A stretch of 64,000 bases of DNA, taken from positions 1 to 64,000 of the IMG/VR virus record IMGVR_UViG_3300027719_000003. One strand, 5' to 3'. The position numbers and the translations under genes were made by a program. Positions 7,944 through 17,474 of the stretch are shown piece by piece. This DNA comes from a virus. Each line of letters starts with the position of its first letter. Position 1 is the stretch's first letter. The notes below the pieces were generated by a model. The model ran no database searches and was not told where the DNA came from. It worked only from the letters and a program-made list of their open reading frames with translations.

Positions 7944-8540
7944 ATTAACTAAAATAAGTAATAAAACGATAATAAAGTTAGTAAATAATGTTAAATAAAA
8001 CTAATATATAGCTAATCTAATGTATAATTTAATTAACTTTATGGGTGTTTCTTAGCTCTAAGGGGAGGAGTAGCAGTGATACTATTATAATATATGGGAT
8101 GTTTTTATAACTTATTTTTGAGATGTGTTTGAACTTTTTCTTTTATGTTTGATGTGTTTGTTTGATGCACACGCGCGAGAGGTGTACTGGTTCCTTTTCT
8201 ATGATCTTAATATAACCAATACAGTCACCAGTATAGTCTATTCATATATATGGATTTTCATATTTAACGAATCCATATATAGTATAATCTTTATATAACA
8301 ATAGACTATACTAAAAGCCTATATAGTAATTATTCTATGTAAAGATTATATAATATATAGATTCTAGTAATTATCTATATATTATCTTTTAATCACCTTC
8401 TCTATTCGCTCATTATCATACATGGAACATATATAAAATTGATCGAATAGGCGATATGGATATATAAATATAGAAACGTAGTAAAAATATATGCCATATA
8501 TGGAAGAAAAAGAAAATCGATGAAAATGATTAAAAATCGC

Positions 8541-8569
8541 TTGACACGCCTTGAATACATGTATACAAT
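8541..8569 (+). promoter_or_regulatory. strong early promoter TTGACA-17-TACAAT
   Basis: Near-consensus with A-rich UP element. Confidence 0.75.
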
Positions 8570-8599
8570 GCAGTATCTTATTAGTACGGAGGATCAATC

Positions 8600-8839
8600 A
8601 TGTTTATGACGGGAACGGTCAACGGAAAGCGTATAGCCTATGACAGTGACTATACGGAATTTCTCGTACAAGTCGGCAAGGGCACAAAGGGAAGCTATAA
8701 AACACACTATAGTTTTATAGGTAAATTGAATCAAGCCGTTATGTATTACAATGCTATCAATATCGGCAACGGTTACAAAAAAAGGCTTTATATGCCTTCG
8801 TGCTCTAAAAATCCAGTTATAGTGAAAGCGAGTAGCTAA
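8600..8839 (+). CDS. hypothetical protein (early gene block)
   Basis: GGAGG RBS, first ORF after promoter. Confidence 0.75.
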   Translation: MFMTGTVNGKRIAYDSDYTEFLVQVGKGTKGSYKTHYSFIGKLNQAVMYYNAINIGNGYKKRLYMPSCSKNPVIVKASS

Positions 8840-8840
8840 A

Positions 8841-9026
8841 ATGTCAATACATACCTATAGTGTCAAAGTCGGAAGCGGCGAGGCTTATACGGGAACGGAT
8901 AGGACTAGGGCACTTGACGTATACTGTCAAGTCGTAGTACAATCACCGCGAGCGGAATATATAGAATTAGACCGTGACGGAAAAATGGTCAAGTTAGACC
9001 ATGGACGTATGACGATTAAGGCTTGA
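8841..9026 (+). CDS. hypothetical protein
   Basis: Packed ORF. Confidence 0.6.
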   Translation: MSIHTYSVKVGSGEAYTGTDRTRALDVYCQVVVQSPRAEYIELDRDGKMVKLDHGRMTIKA

Positions 9027-9073
9027 CACGGTACGCCGTGACAAGTATTATCATAGGCAATGGAGGAACGAAC

Positions 9074-9496
9074 ATGATAGCGAAGATAGGAAAGCTAAAC
9101 GACAGTATAAGCGACGAGGGAGCAAGGGCTCGCGATAAAGGATTGATAAACGGTATAAAGGTTATCGATATCAATACTAGACAAGATATAGTAGACTGTC
9201 GGCTATACATGAGCAGGAGTAGCGCGGCGAGCACCATATACTGTAATATATGGATAAGGCGAGCGCCCTACGGCGCGGCGAGCGGAAAAGCGGGCGGATA
9301 CGGCTATGACAAAAAAAGTGCGGCTGTCGGCTCCGCGCTGGACAATCTCGGTATCAACCTCTATCAGGACGATGGTACAAAGCCCGTCAGTATAAACGGC
9401 GCTGGCGATACTGCGATACGCGAGGCACTACTCGCCGTAGCCGTAGCACTAGGGTATAGTGCGGATACCCTGATATACGTAGAGTGCTACGCATAA
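9074..9496 (+). CDS. hypothetical protein
   Basis: ATG 9074 after GGAGG; GKAGGYGYDKKSAAV motif. Confidence 0.75.
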   Translation: MIAKIGKLNDSISDEGARARDKGLINGIKVIDINTRQDIVDCRLYMSRSSAASTIYCNIWIRRAPYGAASGKAGGYGYDKKSAAVGSALDNLGINLYQDDGTKPVSINGAGDTAIREALLAVAVALGYSADTLIYVECYA

Positions 9497-9580
9497 AGAT
9501 ATGCGAGGATTGCGCTATACTTTTATAGCGCTTTCTTAGCCTATTTTATAGGTTAATCTTTTTTTAGTGGAGGCGAGAAA

Positions 9581-9922
9581 ATGAAGCGACGATTAACGCG
9601 CACTAAACTGAACATCGGCATTTATAGTGAAGGCACGCTCAGGCCGTTAGACTTGTGCGATGCATTCGTTTATGAGCTGGCAAGCCTACGATTGTCACGG
9701 CGCGAACGTGCTACTATTCGCGATATACTAAAAAAGCTAGAAATTGAAAATGACAAGCCGTACATTGAACGAGATGGCTACGCACCGTATTTTCAGGACG
9801 CCTATTATGGGGATATGATCGATATTATCGATAGGCATTGCCCGAGAAACGCATATTTTGGGTCGAGCGAAGGCGACGGCGCTTGTATAGGCATATGGGA
9901 ATATATGGGAGAGGAGTATTAA
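9581..9922 (+). CDS. hypothetical protein
   Basis: GGAGG RBS; SEGTLR...YFGSSEGDGACIGIW motif. Confidence 0.75.
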   Translation: MKRRLTRTKLNIGIYSEGTLRPLDLCDAFVYELASLRLSRRERATIRDILKKLEIENDKPYIERDGYAPYFQDAYYGDMIDIIDRHCPRNAYFGSSEGDGACIGIWEYMGEEY

Positions 9923-9923
9923 C

Positions 9924-10325
9924 ATGCGCCGACTAACAATAGACGAGCAAGCGCGCTATAAAGAGTACGAAGGTATCGATATAGATATAGAGATATCGCT
10001 ATTCGAGTATGGTCGTATCTATAAACCGATATATAATGATAACGGCGAACTAATAGAGTATCATATAGTTTATGGAGTGGTACATAACGGTGAGGACTAT
10101 ACGGAATTTGATTATAGTTTTTTGTCAAAAAAAGATTATATAGACCTATTAAAAAAGGACTGGGTAAAAATCGACAGCGTGCTAGAGTATGCCAGTACCA
10201 CGCTGGAAAACATGCAAGAATTCAACGAATGTAATATAGATATATTAATAAATTATCATGGTATAGAAAATATCCTAGGAGGATCGTACAGTAGTAAAAT
10301 TATCGGCGTGGAGGAAACGGAATGA
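9924..10325 (+). CDS. hypothetical protein
   Basis: GAGGAG RBS, packed. Confidence 0.7.
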   Translation: MRRLTIDEQARYKEYEGIDIDIEISLFEYGRIYKPIYNDNGELIEYHIVYGVVHNGEDYTEFDYSFLSKKDYIDLLKKDWVKIDSVLEYASTTLENMQEFNECNIDILINYHGIENILGGSYSSKIIGVEETE

Positions 10326-10516
10326 AGTTTATTTTTTATAGCTCGTTAAGCCCGTATGTTAAGCGTATCTTACGGAAAGCGCTTAAAGAACATATGAACC
10401 ATCGGGGCAGTGAATACAACATTACCCTTGACGGCGGAAGCGTCTATATTACCGTCAAGGGTCAACGCCCCGCGCTACTCGTCAAGGGTGGAACGATAGT
10501 AAAGGGAGTGATATAA
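10322..10516 (+). CDS. hypothetical protein
   Basis: ATGA overlap with upstream gene. Confidence 0.6.
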   Translation: MKFIFYSSLSPYVKRILRKALKEHMNHRGSEYNITLDGGSVYITVKGQRPALLVKGGTIVKGVI

Positions 10517-10833
10517 TGATAACTACATTTGAGGCGTATTGTAAAGATTATTGTACAAAAGACAGTAAAGAAATATCGAGATTTTATGTCAAGCGCAATA
10601 GTGAAGTATTCTTAACGGCCTATGCGCTATCATGCGGTTATATCGATAACTGGAACGACGGTAAATATGAAATAACATTAGATTATAGCAATGAAACATA
10701 TAGATTAAGAATTCGTTACATTCCAAAGGAAGGCGAGATTATCGGCATGAAAGGGCTTGATTTTATGTCACGGCGGCTTGACATAATACGTAAAAAGCAA
10801 GTATTATATATCGATATGGTAAGAAAGCCATAA
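10516..10833 (+). CDS. hypothetical protein
   Basis: TAATG coupling. Confidence 0.65.
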   Translation: MITTFEAYCKDYCTKDSKEISRFYVKRNSEVFLTAYALSCGYIDNWNDGKYEITLDYSNETYRLRIRYIPKEGEIIGMKGLDFMSRRLDIIRKKQVLYIDMVRKP

Positions 10834-10845
10834 GGAGGCTAGAAA

Positions 10846-11160
10846 ATGAAGTATCAATTTATTATAACCGGGCGCCGATGGTTCCAAAAATCCTATGGTA
10901 ACACGTACCATACAGCGACGATGGAAGTACGAGACGAGAACGGTAATACGGTCTACACCTATAAATCAGGCGAGCGATACGGATATGGTGAACAGTTTAT
11001 TACTACGGCCATGGAGTATCTATTCAAGGCCGGATACCTTGACGGTATAAAAAATTATAGTAACGGAGGCACTGAGCCTTTGTGGGCCTACTGCGAGCGT
11101 ATGGGATATCCCGCGCCGATTATCAATACGATAGACGTGACAAGGGAAAAAGACTTATGA
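10846..11160 (+). CDS. hypothetical protein
   Basis: AGGAGG RBS; RRWFQKSYGNTYH...YGYG motif. Confidence 0.75.
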   Translation: MKYQFIITGRRWFQKSYGNTYHTATMEVRDENGNTVYTYKSGERYGYGEQFITTAMEYLFKAGYLDGIKNYSNGGTEPLWAYCERMGYPAPIINTIDVTREKDL

Positions 11161-11426
11161 AAACACATAAAGGCGAGCTAGTAAGTAATACAATGTTAAC
11201 GGAAGCAAGGCGCGCCGTCGCGGAAGATTGGCGAACTATGGCTTATGATATCAGGGTAGAAGACGCCTATGCAAGCCATATCACGGAAGAACAGAAAATT
11301 CAATTTTATCAGGATGAATTGAAATACGCCGATGAAATTGAACTAGGTGAGCATGATAGCAATTTCACTATATGGCAACGATTGAATACTTATATTACCG
11401 GGGAGTGTATAGCTTTACTATCATAG
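11157..11426 (+). CDS. hypothetical protein
   Basis: ATGA overlap start (MKTHKG). Confidence 0.65.
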   Translation: MKTHKGELVSNTMLTEARRAVAEDWRTMAYDIRVEDAYASHITEEQKIQFYQDELKYADEIELGEHDSNFTIWQRLNTYITGECIALLS

Positions 11427-11441
11427 GAAGGATGGTACAGA

Positions 11442-11654
11442 ATGGATATGTTAGTAGATTATCACAATATGCACTCATTGACGGCTACAATCAAGGCGTT
11501 GACTATACCAGCGCGTAGTTTAATGCGATCAAATAGCCTTAATGAGTACAATGCCGATATAGGGCGAGGAATGGCTGAAGACTTCGCATTGTTTGCAATA
11601 AGGCGCGGTCTAAAAGTCACTGAAGTAAATAAGCATAAGGATAGTACGGAATAG
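11442..11654 (+). CDS. hypothetical protein
   Basis: Last ORF before terminator. Confidence 0.6.
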   Translation: MDMLVDYHNMHSLTATIKALTIPARSLMRSNSLNEYNADIGRGMAEDFALFAIRRGLKVTEVNKHKDSTE

Positions 11655-11675
11655 ACTAAACAGTAGCGTTTCTAC

Positions 11676-11705
11676 GGCCCTATACATAACAGTATAGGGC
11701 CTTTT
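11676..11705 (+). terminator. rho-independent terminator
   Basis: GGCCCTATAC/GTATAGGGCC stem plus TTTT. Confidence 0.75.
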
Positions 11706-12029
11706 CTGTATATCTAGCTATTTAGACTATAGCACTGTATAAAACACAATAGTTGCAAAGTTTCCAAATATTGCAACTATATATCATTATGATATCTAAT
11801 TGATATAGATAATCATTATCAATTAGACATAGGTAAGGAATAGTGTATCATTTTGACACATATAGTTAGAAGAGTGTATCATTATGATACAGTGTAGGAT
11901 AGGGTATATAATAAGGTATAAGGCAGGTGGGGAGCAATCTTTCTTATTCCCTAACATATTTTCAAATTTATAGTTGACAAGCCTTCCCTATCGTGCTATA
12001 TTATGTATATCAAGATTAGGGAGGATCAA

Positions 12030-12224
12030 ATGGACAAGACAGTAGCGATGGACGTAGCCGTGACTAACTTCGCCGACAAGCTAAGGCGCTTTAATGCTTC
12101 CAGCACTACCACTACCAAGGTAGTCAAGGATCGCCAACACGTCACGGCTATCTATCACAAAGAGGAGCGTAAAGCCATTATCTACGATAAGGCCGCTACA
12201 TTGCTAATTAAGCGGTCTAAGTAA
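12030..12224 (+). CDS. hypothetical protein
   Basis: ATG 12030 after GGAGG; promoter TTGACA-17-TATATT at 11974-12002. Confidence 0.65.
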   Translation: MDKTVAMDVAVTNFADKLRRFNASSTTTTKVVKDRQHVTAIYHKEERKAIIYDKAATLLIKRSK

Positions 12225-12319
12225 GCATGGGGAGGCTTATAGCATACATACTAGGGTTTATAGCCCTATGTATTATATTGGATCGATTAGCCTACTACAT
12301 AGGCAGGAAGGATTAGAAC

Positions 12320-12487
12320 ATGGACGGGCTAAACAGTACGGACAAGGTAGTCATAGAGTCGCTAAGGCGTAGAGGCTTCGCCGTGGCTATATGTACACCT
12401 GACGAAGTAGGCAAGGCGAGCGTGGATAGCATAGAAGGCTTTATGCAATTGGAAGGGCTTAGAGTAGCGGATACACTCAATAGATAG
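12320..12487 (+). CDS. small hypothetical protein (55 aa)
   Basis: AAGGA RBS; MDGLNSTDKVVIESLRRRGFAV...; followed by terminator-like hairpin at 12510-12542. Confidence 0.5.
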   Translation: MDGLNSTDKVVIESLRRRGFAVAICTPDEVGKASVDSIEGFMQLEGLRVADTLNR

Positions 12488-13008
12488 CTTACTGTACACT
12501 CTAGCATAGTACCCTAGCCATAATAGGCCGGGGTATTTTTTTATCCTAATGAGTGTAGGCATGGGCAGGGTATAGATAGGTATGAGTATGGACACTATGG
12601 ATGGTAGAGAAGGCAGGAATAGGGTATACCCCCCCCGCCCCCCTTACCCCACCGAACACCTCTGCTCTGTGTCGGCGTCAGGCTAGAGCTTCCGTGGGGC
12701 CAATATGCTCAACTAAAATTTTATACCCAAATATCGCTCCGTGTGGCCTATTGCATAATCCCTATGTGCAAATTCCATCCCCTGTATAAAATTCACTATA
12801 CCCCTATGCCCCTTCCCAAAATTTTATTCAAAAATCTGAGCATAATGGGTTTTTCTGTACCCTCTAGGTAATATCCCCAAAATAGCCCCCATAAGGCATA
12901 CCGGCATGAAAAGGTACGGCCTATAGGGGTAAAACGCCGTGGTGACAATCCTAGGGGCTATAGCGGGCAAAATAAAAGCCCACCTTGTTACGGGTGGGCC
13001 TAAACAGA

Positions 13009-13596
13009 TTACAGATACTTGAGCATAAACTCCAGTGCTTCCTTACCTGTGTCGAATACATAGAGAATAGGCTGTTCATCACTGTCACACATACACGTCT
13101 GCGCCTCATCGAGTGCCCTTTGTCCTGAATCGACCGTATCTGATAGACGATGGGTAAGGCAGTACATCCCGACGAATGTATACAATAGCGTGTGGGTGTT
13201 TTCGTCAGTGGCGCACTTCAGGAGATAGGGTTCTTCCTCCCAAATTGCCACATAGTGCTTATCCGCGTTGTAGACAGTAGCATCATTCTGCTTCTGTCCT
13301 TCACCCTTGAGCTGTAGCACTTCAGCCTCCAGACGCTCTATACGCTTCTGCAAGGCTTCAATGTCATCCTCGAACATCTTGTCTATCCAAGACCACACAC
13401 CTCCGTCTATATCTATCCTATAGGATAGCTCATCGCGGTTTATTGCTTTAATAATGACGCGATCTCCAGCGTATGCAAACATTTCTGGAGGCATACACAA
13501 TTCACTGAACGGTATACTTCCAAACTCATCCTTTGGCTGTGCATCAATCCAAGCCTTCGACTTGATCCGTACCGTGTCCCCTACCTTGTACTTCAT
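13009..13596 (-). CDS. hypothetical protein
   Basis: MKYKVGDTVRIKS SH3-like start common in phage proteins; AAGGAG RBS; downstream hairpin at ~12978-12999. Confidence 0.75.
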   Translation of the reverse strand: MKYKVGDTVRIKSKAWIDAQPKDEFGSIPFSELCMPPEMFAYAGDRVIIKAINRDELSYRIDIDGGVWSWIDKMFEDDIEALQKRIERLEAEVLQLKGEGQKQNDATVYNADKHYVAIWEEEPYLLKCATDENTHTLLYTFVGMYCLTHRLSDTVDSGQRALDEAQTCMCDSDEQPILYVFDTGKEALEFMLKYL

Positions 13597-13741
13597 CTTC
13601 TAGCTCCTTCCTTGTAAATCGATATTGCTCCAGTGCTATGTTATAGGTCTCACACGCACATCCTTCACACTCCCGCACCTTGCTACATTGTGTGGCAGGG
13701 TCATAGGGACATTGTTCCAACTGCTCCGTAGGCACCTCCAT
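13544..13741 (-). CDS. small Cys-rich hypothetical protein
   Basis: ORF directly after leftward promoter. Confidence 0.4.
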   Translation of the reverse strand: MEVPTEQLEQCPYDPATQCSKVRECEGCACETYNIALEQYRFTRKELEDEVQGRGHGTDQVEGLD

Positions 13742-13750
13742 GATTTGTAG

Positions 13751-13821
13751 AGTGTACTATAGGATTGTCGAAAAGTCAAGCGAAAAATATACTTGACTTT
13801 TGTAAAAATTAGTGATACTAT
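13751..13821. promoter_or_regulatory. back-to-back divergent promoters
   Basis: Minus strand TTGACT-17-TACACT (13751-13779); plus strand TTGACT-17-TACTAT (13793-13821). Confidence 0.7.
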
Positions 13822-13853
13822 CTGCATACAACGAAAACAAGGAGGGCAAGGAT

Positions 13854-14276
13854 ATGGTAGCGGCTATTATGTTGATTTGGCTTGTGTTGGCCTTGGTGTC
13901 ATGGGCGTTTATGTACGGAGCTACAGTGAATGATGATGAGGACGAGGATATGAGTTTGGAACTAAGCAGAGGATTGGATTGCAGAACAGCTTTAGGCTAT
14001 AGGGGTGCCGGTTTTGCCAAGGGCTATGGAATTAGGCTCGGTGAGGAATATATCACCCCCGAGGATTTCGTAGAGTTCGTCATGTATGTGATGACGAATA
14101 CCGACCTTGCTCCTAATGATCCCCGTAGGGAATTGAAGGAGAGGCTGTCGGGGCTGATGGAGGTACCGGGCTTCAATAAGGGTAACGTGCGGTATTCTCA
14201 GGCACCAGAGGAGTTTGGGCCGGATTATCGTGTGCTGGCCCCGGATGAGTTTCCTGAGCCGGGAATGGGGGCGTAG
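13854..14276 (+). CDS. hypothetical protein with N-terminal TM helix (possible internal start at MSLEL)
   Basis: RBS before ATG 13854. Confidence 0.6.
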   Translation: MVAAIMLIWLVLALVSWAFMYGATVNDDEDEDMSLELSRGLDCRTALGYRGAGFAKGYGIRLGEEYITPEDFVEFVMYVMTNTDLAPNDPRRELKERLSGLMEVPGFNKGNVRYSQAPEEFGPDYRVLAPDEFPEPGMGA

Positions 14277-14277
14277 G

Positions 14278-14787
14278 ATGGACGGTAATATCGACAAGGT
14301 GCTGGATGAGTTTGACACTTCTAAATATTTATACGATCCCAACACCGGAGTAATTACAAAGAATGGCAAAGGTTGTGGCGCTATCACTAAAAAGGGGTAT
14401 TTGCGTATACAAAATGATGGTAAGAGAATTATGGCACACCGACTTGCATGGTTTTTGTATTTCAAATCATGGCCTTCTGGATACCTCGATCATATAAATG
14501 GAGATAGATTGGATAATCGTATTTCTAACTTGAGGGTGTCGTCTCCTAGGTTGAACGGATTAAATAAATCGATTCATCGAGATGGAAGGTTGTCTGGATA
14601 CAGTAAACAGCCTAATGGTAAATATAGGGCGGAGATATCATTTTCTGGGAAGAAATATTCTCTAGGAAACTATTTTACTGTGGCTGAGGCACACGCGGTG
14701 TATGAAGACGCCTTGGGTAAGGTGTTGGCTGGGAAGAATCCTATCTCCGCCGTTGCCATCGCCAACGCCGAGAAGGACAAGCCATGA
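14278..14787 (+). CDS. HNH homing endonuclease with AP2-like C-terminus
   Basis: AHRLAW...DHINGDRLDNRISNLR; KYRAEI...SLG. Confidence 0.9.
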   Translation: MDGNIDKVLDEFDTSKYLYDPNTGVITKNGKGCGAITKKGYLRIQNDGKRIMAHRLAWFLYFKSWPSGYLDHINGDRLDNRISNLRVSSPRLNGLNKSIHRDGRLSGYSKQPNGKYRAEISFSGKKYSLGNYFTVAEAHAVYEDALGKVLAGKNPISAVAIANAEKDKP

Positions 14788-15017
14788 CTTATCTATGTAG
14801 TCCCGGTCGGTATGAATTTCGTGGTGCTCATATCGAGATGTCTGGTATTGGCGGGCCTTGGGCTGTGAAGGATAGCGGTGATCCTTATATCCGCTTGCCA
14901 CGTTATGTGTCAGAGGCCCTTGATGTTTTCTGGAAACTGCCGGAAGAAGAATGGAAGCAGTATCGTGTTGGTGGCGGGTGCATAGGCATTCCAGATGAAG
15001 GAGACAAAGATGATTGA
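14784..15017 (+). CDS. hypothetical protein
   Basis: ATGA overlap. Confidence 0.6.
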   Translation: MTYLCSPGRYEFRGAHIEMSGIGGPWAVKDSGDPYIRLPRYVSEALDVFWKLPEEEWKQYRVGGGCIGIPDEGDKDD

Positions 15018-15258
15018 CATTGAAGAAGTCGTAGCCGATAATGGCAGTATGATGCGGGTATGGAGATATGCTGATGCCCCAGAACTACTCAAGGGTCTTG
15101 TACTCAATTCAGATTGCTGTGATCTGGTAGTCGCTGTGCCTAGTGAGAAGTTAGGCATACTGGTAGATACCCCATTCATGGATTGGATGTTCGGGGATTA
15201 TATTGTCCCTGAAGTACACGATCTGGGCGAGTGGGTTATTTACTTCGTATTCCATTAA
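15010..15258 (+). CDS. hypothetical protein
   Basis: AAGGAG RBS; terminator at 15281-15306 follows. Confidence 0.6.
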   Translation: MIDIEEVVADNGSMMRVWRYADAPELLKGLVLNSDCCDLVVAVPSEKLGILVDTPFMDWMFGDYIVPEVHDLGEWVIYFVFH

Positions 15259-15322
15259 GCTATAGTTTCATTACTATCTGAGCACCCCTAACCGGGTGCT
15301 TTTTTGTTGTCTACGGGGGTAC

Positions 15323-15351
15323 TTGACAAAGTTAAGAAAGTATGCTATGGT
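15323..15351 (+). promoter_or_regulatory. promoter for terminase operon
   Basis: TTGACA-17-TATGGT with extended TG; shares GAAAGTATGCTAT with the portal promoter at 17405-17433. Confidence 0.65.
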
Positions 15352-15394
15352 GTATTCTCATATATAGCACTTATCTTATATAGAGGAGTTTACC

Positions 15395-16066
15395 ATGGGA
15401 CGGACTAAGGGACTTACTGATGCGATAATTATAGAAAAAGAGGGCGGTATCGCCAACGCCGTCGAGATTATGGGTACTGATGAGAACGGAATACCGACGA
15501 CTATCTGTGGTGTAGATATACTCCGCTACAAGCTCACCAAGTTCGAGGTGGAGTTTGTCATCGAGTACATGAACAACGGCATGAATGCCGTTTCTGCCGC
15601 GATGAAGATATTTGGCTTAAAGCGTATGGCGGCGGCTAAGGCGAAGGCCGCATACCTTATGAACAACGGCAGGGTATTCCCCCTGCTTCAGCTATTGCTA
15701 AAAAATAGTGTTAGTTCTTCTTTACAGTACAGCCCCGCTTTGCTTATGACGAATGTTCAGACATGGTTACAGTATGATATCAATAAATATTATACATCCG
15801 ATGGTGATGCTATCCCCCTTGAGGATATTGAGGAAGAGGCTCGTCAACTTATCAGCGGTGTGGACTATACCGTCAACTCTAAAACAGGTGAGCGCTATGT
15901 CACCTATAAGTTACCGGATAAGTACAAGGTTCTGCAAGAGTTGTCGTCCATCGTGAAATTCCTCCAGACGCTTACGACAGTTAATGCTGAGGACGAATCT
16001 GATGCCGAGCAGAAGCGCAAGGAAATTTTTGGAAAGTTTACGAATCATACCCCGGAGATTGAATAA
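15395..16066 (+). CDS. terS: terminase small subunit
   Basis: LTKFEVEFVIEYMNNGMNAVSAA HTH-like start; coupled to terL. Confidence 0.75.
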   Translation: MGRTKGLTDAIIIEKEGGIANAVEIMGTDENGIPTTICGVDILRYKLTKFEVEFVIEYMNNGMNAVSAAMKIFGLKRMAAAKAKAAYLMNNGRVFPLLQLLLKNSVSSSLQYSPALLMTNVQTWLQYDINKYYTSDGDAIPLEDIEEEARQLISGVDYTVNSKTGERYVTYKLPDKYKVLQELSSIVKFLQTLTTVNAEDESDAEQKRKEIFGKFTNHTPEIE

Positions 16067-17376
16067 TGGCTATAAAATATTCATGGGATGATATTGCTAC
16101 TATCAGGGAACATCCCCATATCCTTGGATTATTGGGTGGCAAGACCCTCCTTACTGAAATGCACTCCGATTGGATTCGGTATATATGGGACACCAATCAG
16201 GATAGGGCGCTCAAGGCCCATCGTGGTTCGTACAAGTCTACATCAATTATCGAGTGTGGTGTTCCTTGGCACCTTATGTGGAACCCGAATGATCGTATTG
16301 CTATAGTCAGAAAAACTTATACCGCCGCCGCTGAAGTGGTGCGCTCCATTGCCAACCTCATGGAAAATCCACTTGTGCGTCCGGTGTTTGAAAAGGCATG
16401 GGGTTCAAAATGGAAGTTCACTACAAAGCGTGAGGGGAAGTTAAATCTTTCTGTTAAGGAAACATCCACCCCACAGCTTTCTATAGAGGCGCTAGGGCTT
16501 GATTCCAATATAACAGGAAAGCATTACGACCGTGTAATATGCGATGACTTCATTGATCTGAATGATCGTATCTCTGAGGCTGAACGGGAAAAGACAAAAT
16601 TACTTATTCAGGAAATTCGCGCCAACATCATCGACCGCGACAAGCCCACGTCATTTATTGGTACTCCGTGGCATAAGCATGATGCGTGGACGATTCTGCC
16701 TCCAGCGTTGGAATACCCCATAGACAAAGCCCATCTCGTTACGCAAGAGCAGATAGCCCGTATCAAGAGCACGACGACACCGATTCTGTATGCTTGTAAC
16801 TACGAACTGCGCTTTGAGGCAGAGGATGACCTTATCTTCAAAAATCCGCATAAGGGTACATGGCATTATGACGAAGTGAAGGATGTAAAGGCTCATGTCG
16901 ATGCGGCGTTCAAGGGCGATCACTGGAATGCTCTGACGATAATGGGACGGATGCCAAATGGTAGACTTAATGCAGTTGGCTTTGCCTTCCACGGGAATAT
17001 CAAGGAATGGCTTCCATTCATCTGCCAGAAACTTATTCAATACGGCGCGAAGAGCCTGTATGTGGAGGACAACGCCGACCGCGGATATTCCGCTGACATC
17101 ATAAGTCAGAACCCAAATGTGAAGCGCGATGGTATCTGGGTTGAGTCGTATTTCGAGAAAATGCACAAGGAAGTCAAGATACAGACCTACGGCTATGAGG
17201 TATGGCCCATAATAGAATGGGCGAATGATACCGACCCTGAGTATATGGAACAGGTGTGCGATTGGCGTGTGAAGCAGGAACCAGATGATGCCCCAGACAG
17301 TATGGCGTCATTGATCAGAGAAGCAGGGTTCAGCACTGTAAGTGACTGGTCAAAATCGGCTATTTGGGACTATTGA
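16066..17376 (+). CDS. terL: terminase large subunit
   Basis: HRGSYKST Walker A, ITGKHYDRVICDD Walker B, GTPW, nuclease VDAA...EPDDAPDS. Confidence 0.93.
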   Translation: MAIKYSWDDIATIREHPHILGLLGGKTLLTEMHSDWIRYIWDTNQDRALKAHRGSYKSTSIIECGVPWHLMWNPNDRIAIVRKTYTAAAEVVRSIANLMENPLVRPVFEKAWGSKWKFTTKREGKLNLSVKETSTPQLSIEALGLDSNITGKHYDRVICDDFIDLNDRISEAEREKTKLLIQEIRANIIDRDKPTSFIGTPWHKHDAWTILPPALEYPIDKAHLVTQEQIARIKSTTTPILYACNYELRFEAEDDLIFKNPHKGTWHYDEVKDVKAHVDAAFKGDHWNALTIMGRMPNGRLNAVGFAFHGNIKEWLPFICQKLIQYGAKSLYVEDNADRGYSADIISQNPNVKRDGIWVESYFEKMHKEVKIQTYGYEVWPIIEWANDTDPEYMEQVCDWRVKQEPDDAPDSMASLIREAGFSTVSDWSKSAIWDY

Positions 17377-17474
17377 GCACTATTACGGGTAGTAAATTGG
17401 GGGCTTGACAAAATGACGAAAGTATGCTATAGTGATATAACATAAGAGATTCACTATATAGTGGAGGTGATACG

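Noticed and set aside
10425-10465. 11-bp inverted repeat ACCCTTGACGG/CCGTCAAGGGT inside a small ORF
   Set aside because: Single instance with no associated promoter spacing or repeat family; could be chance.
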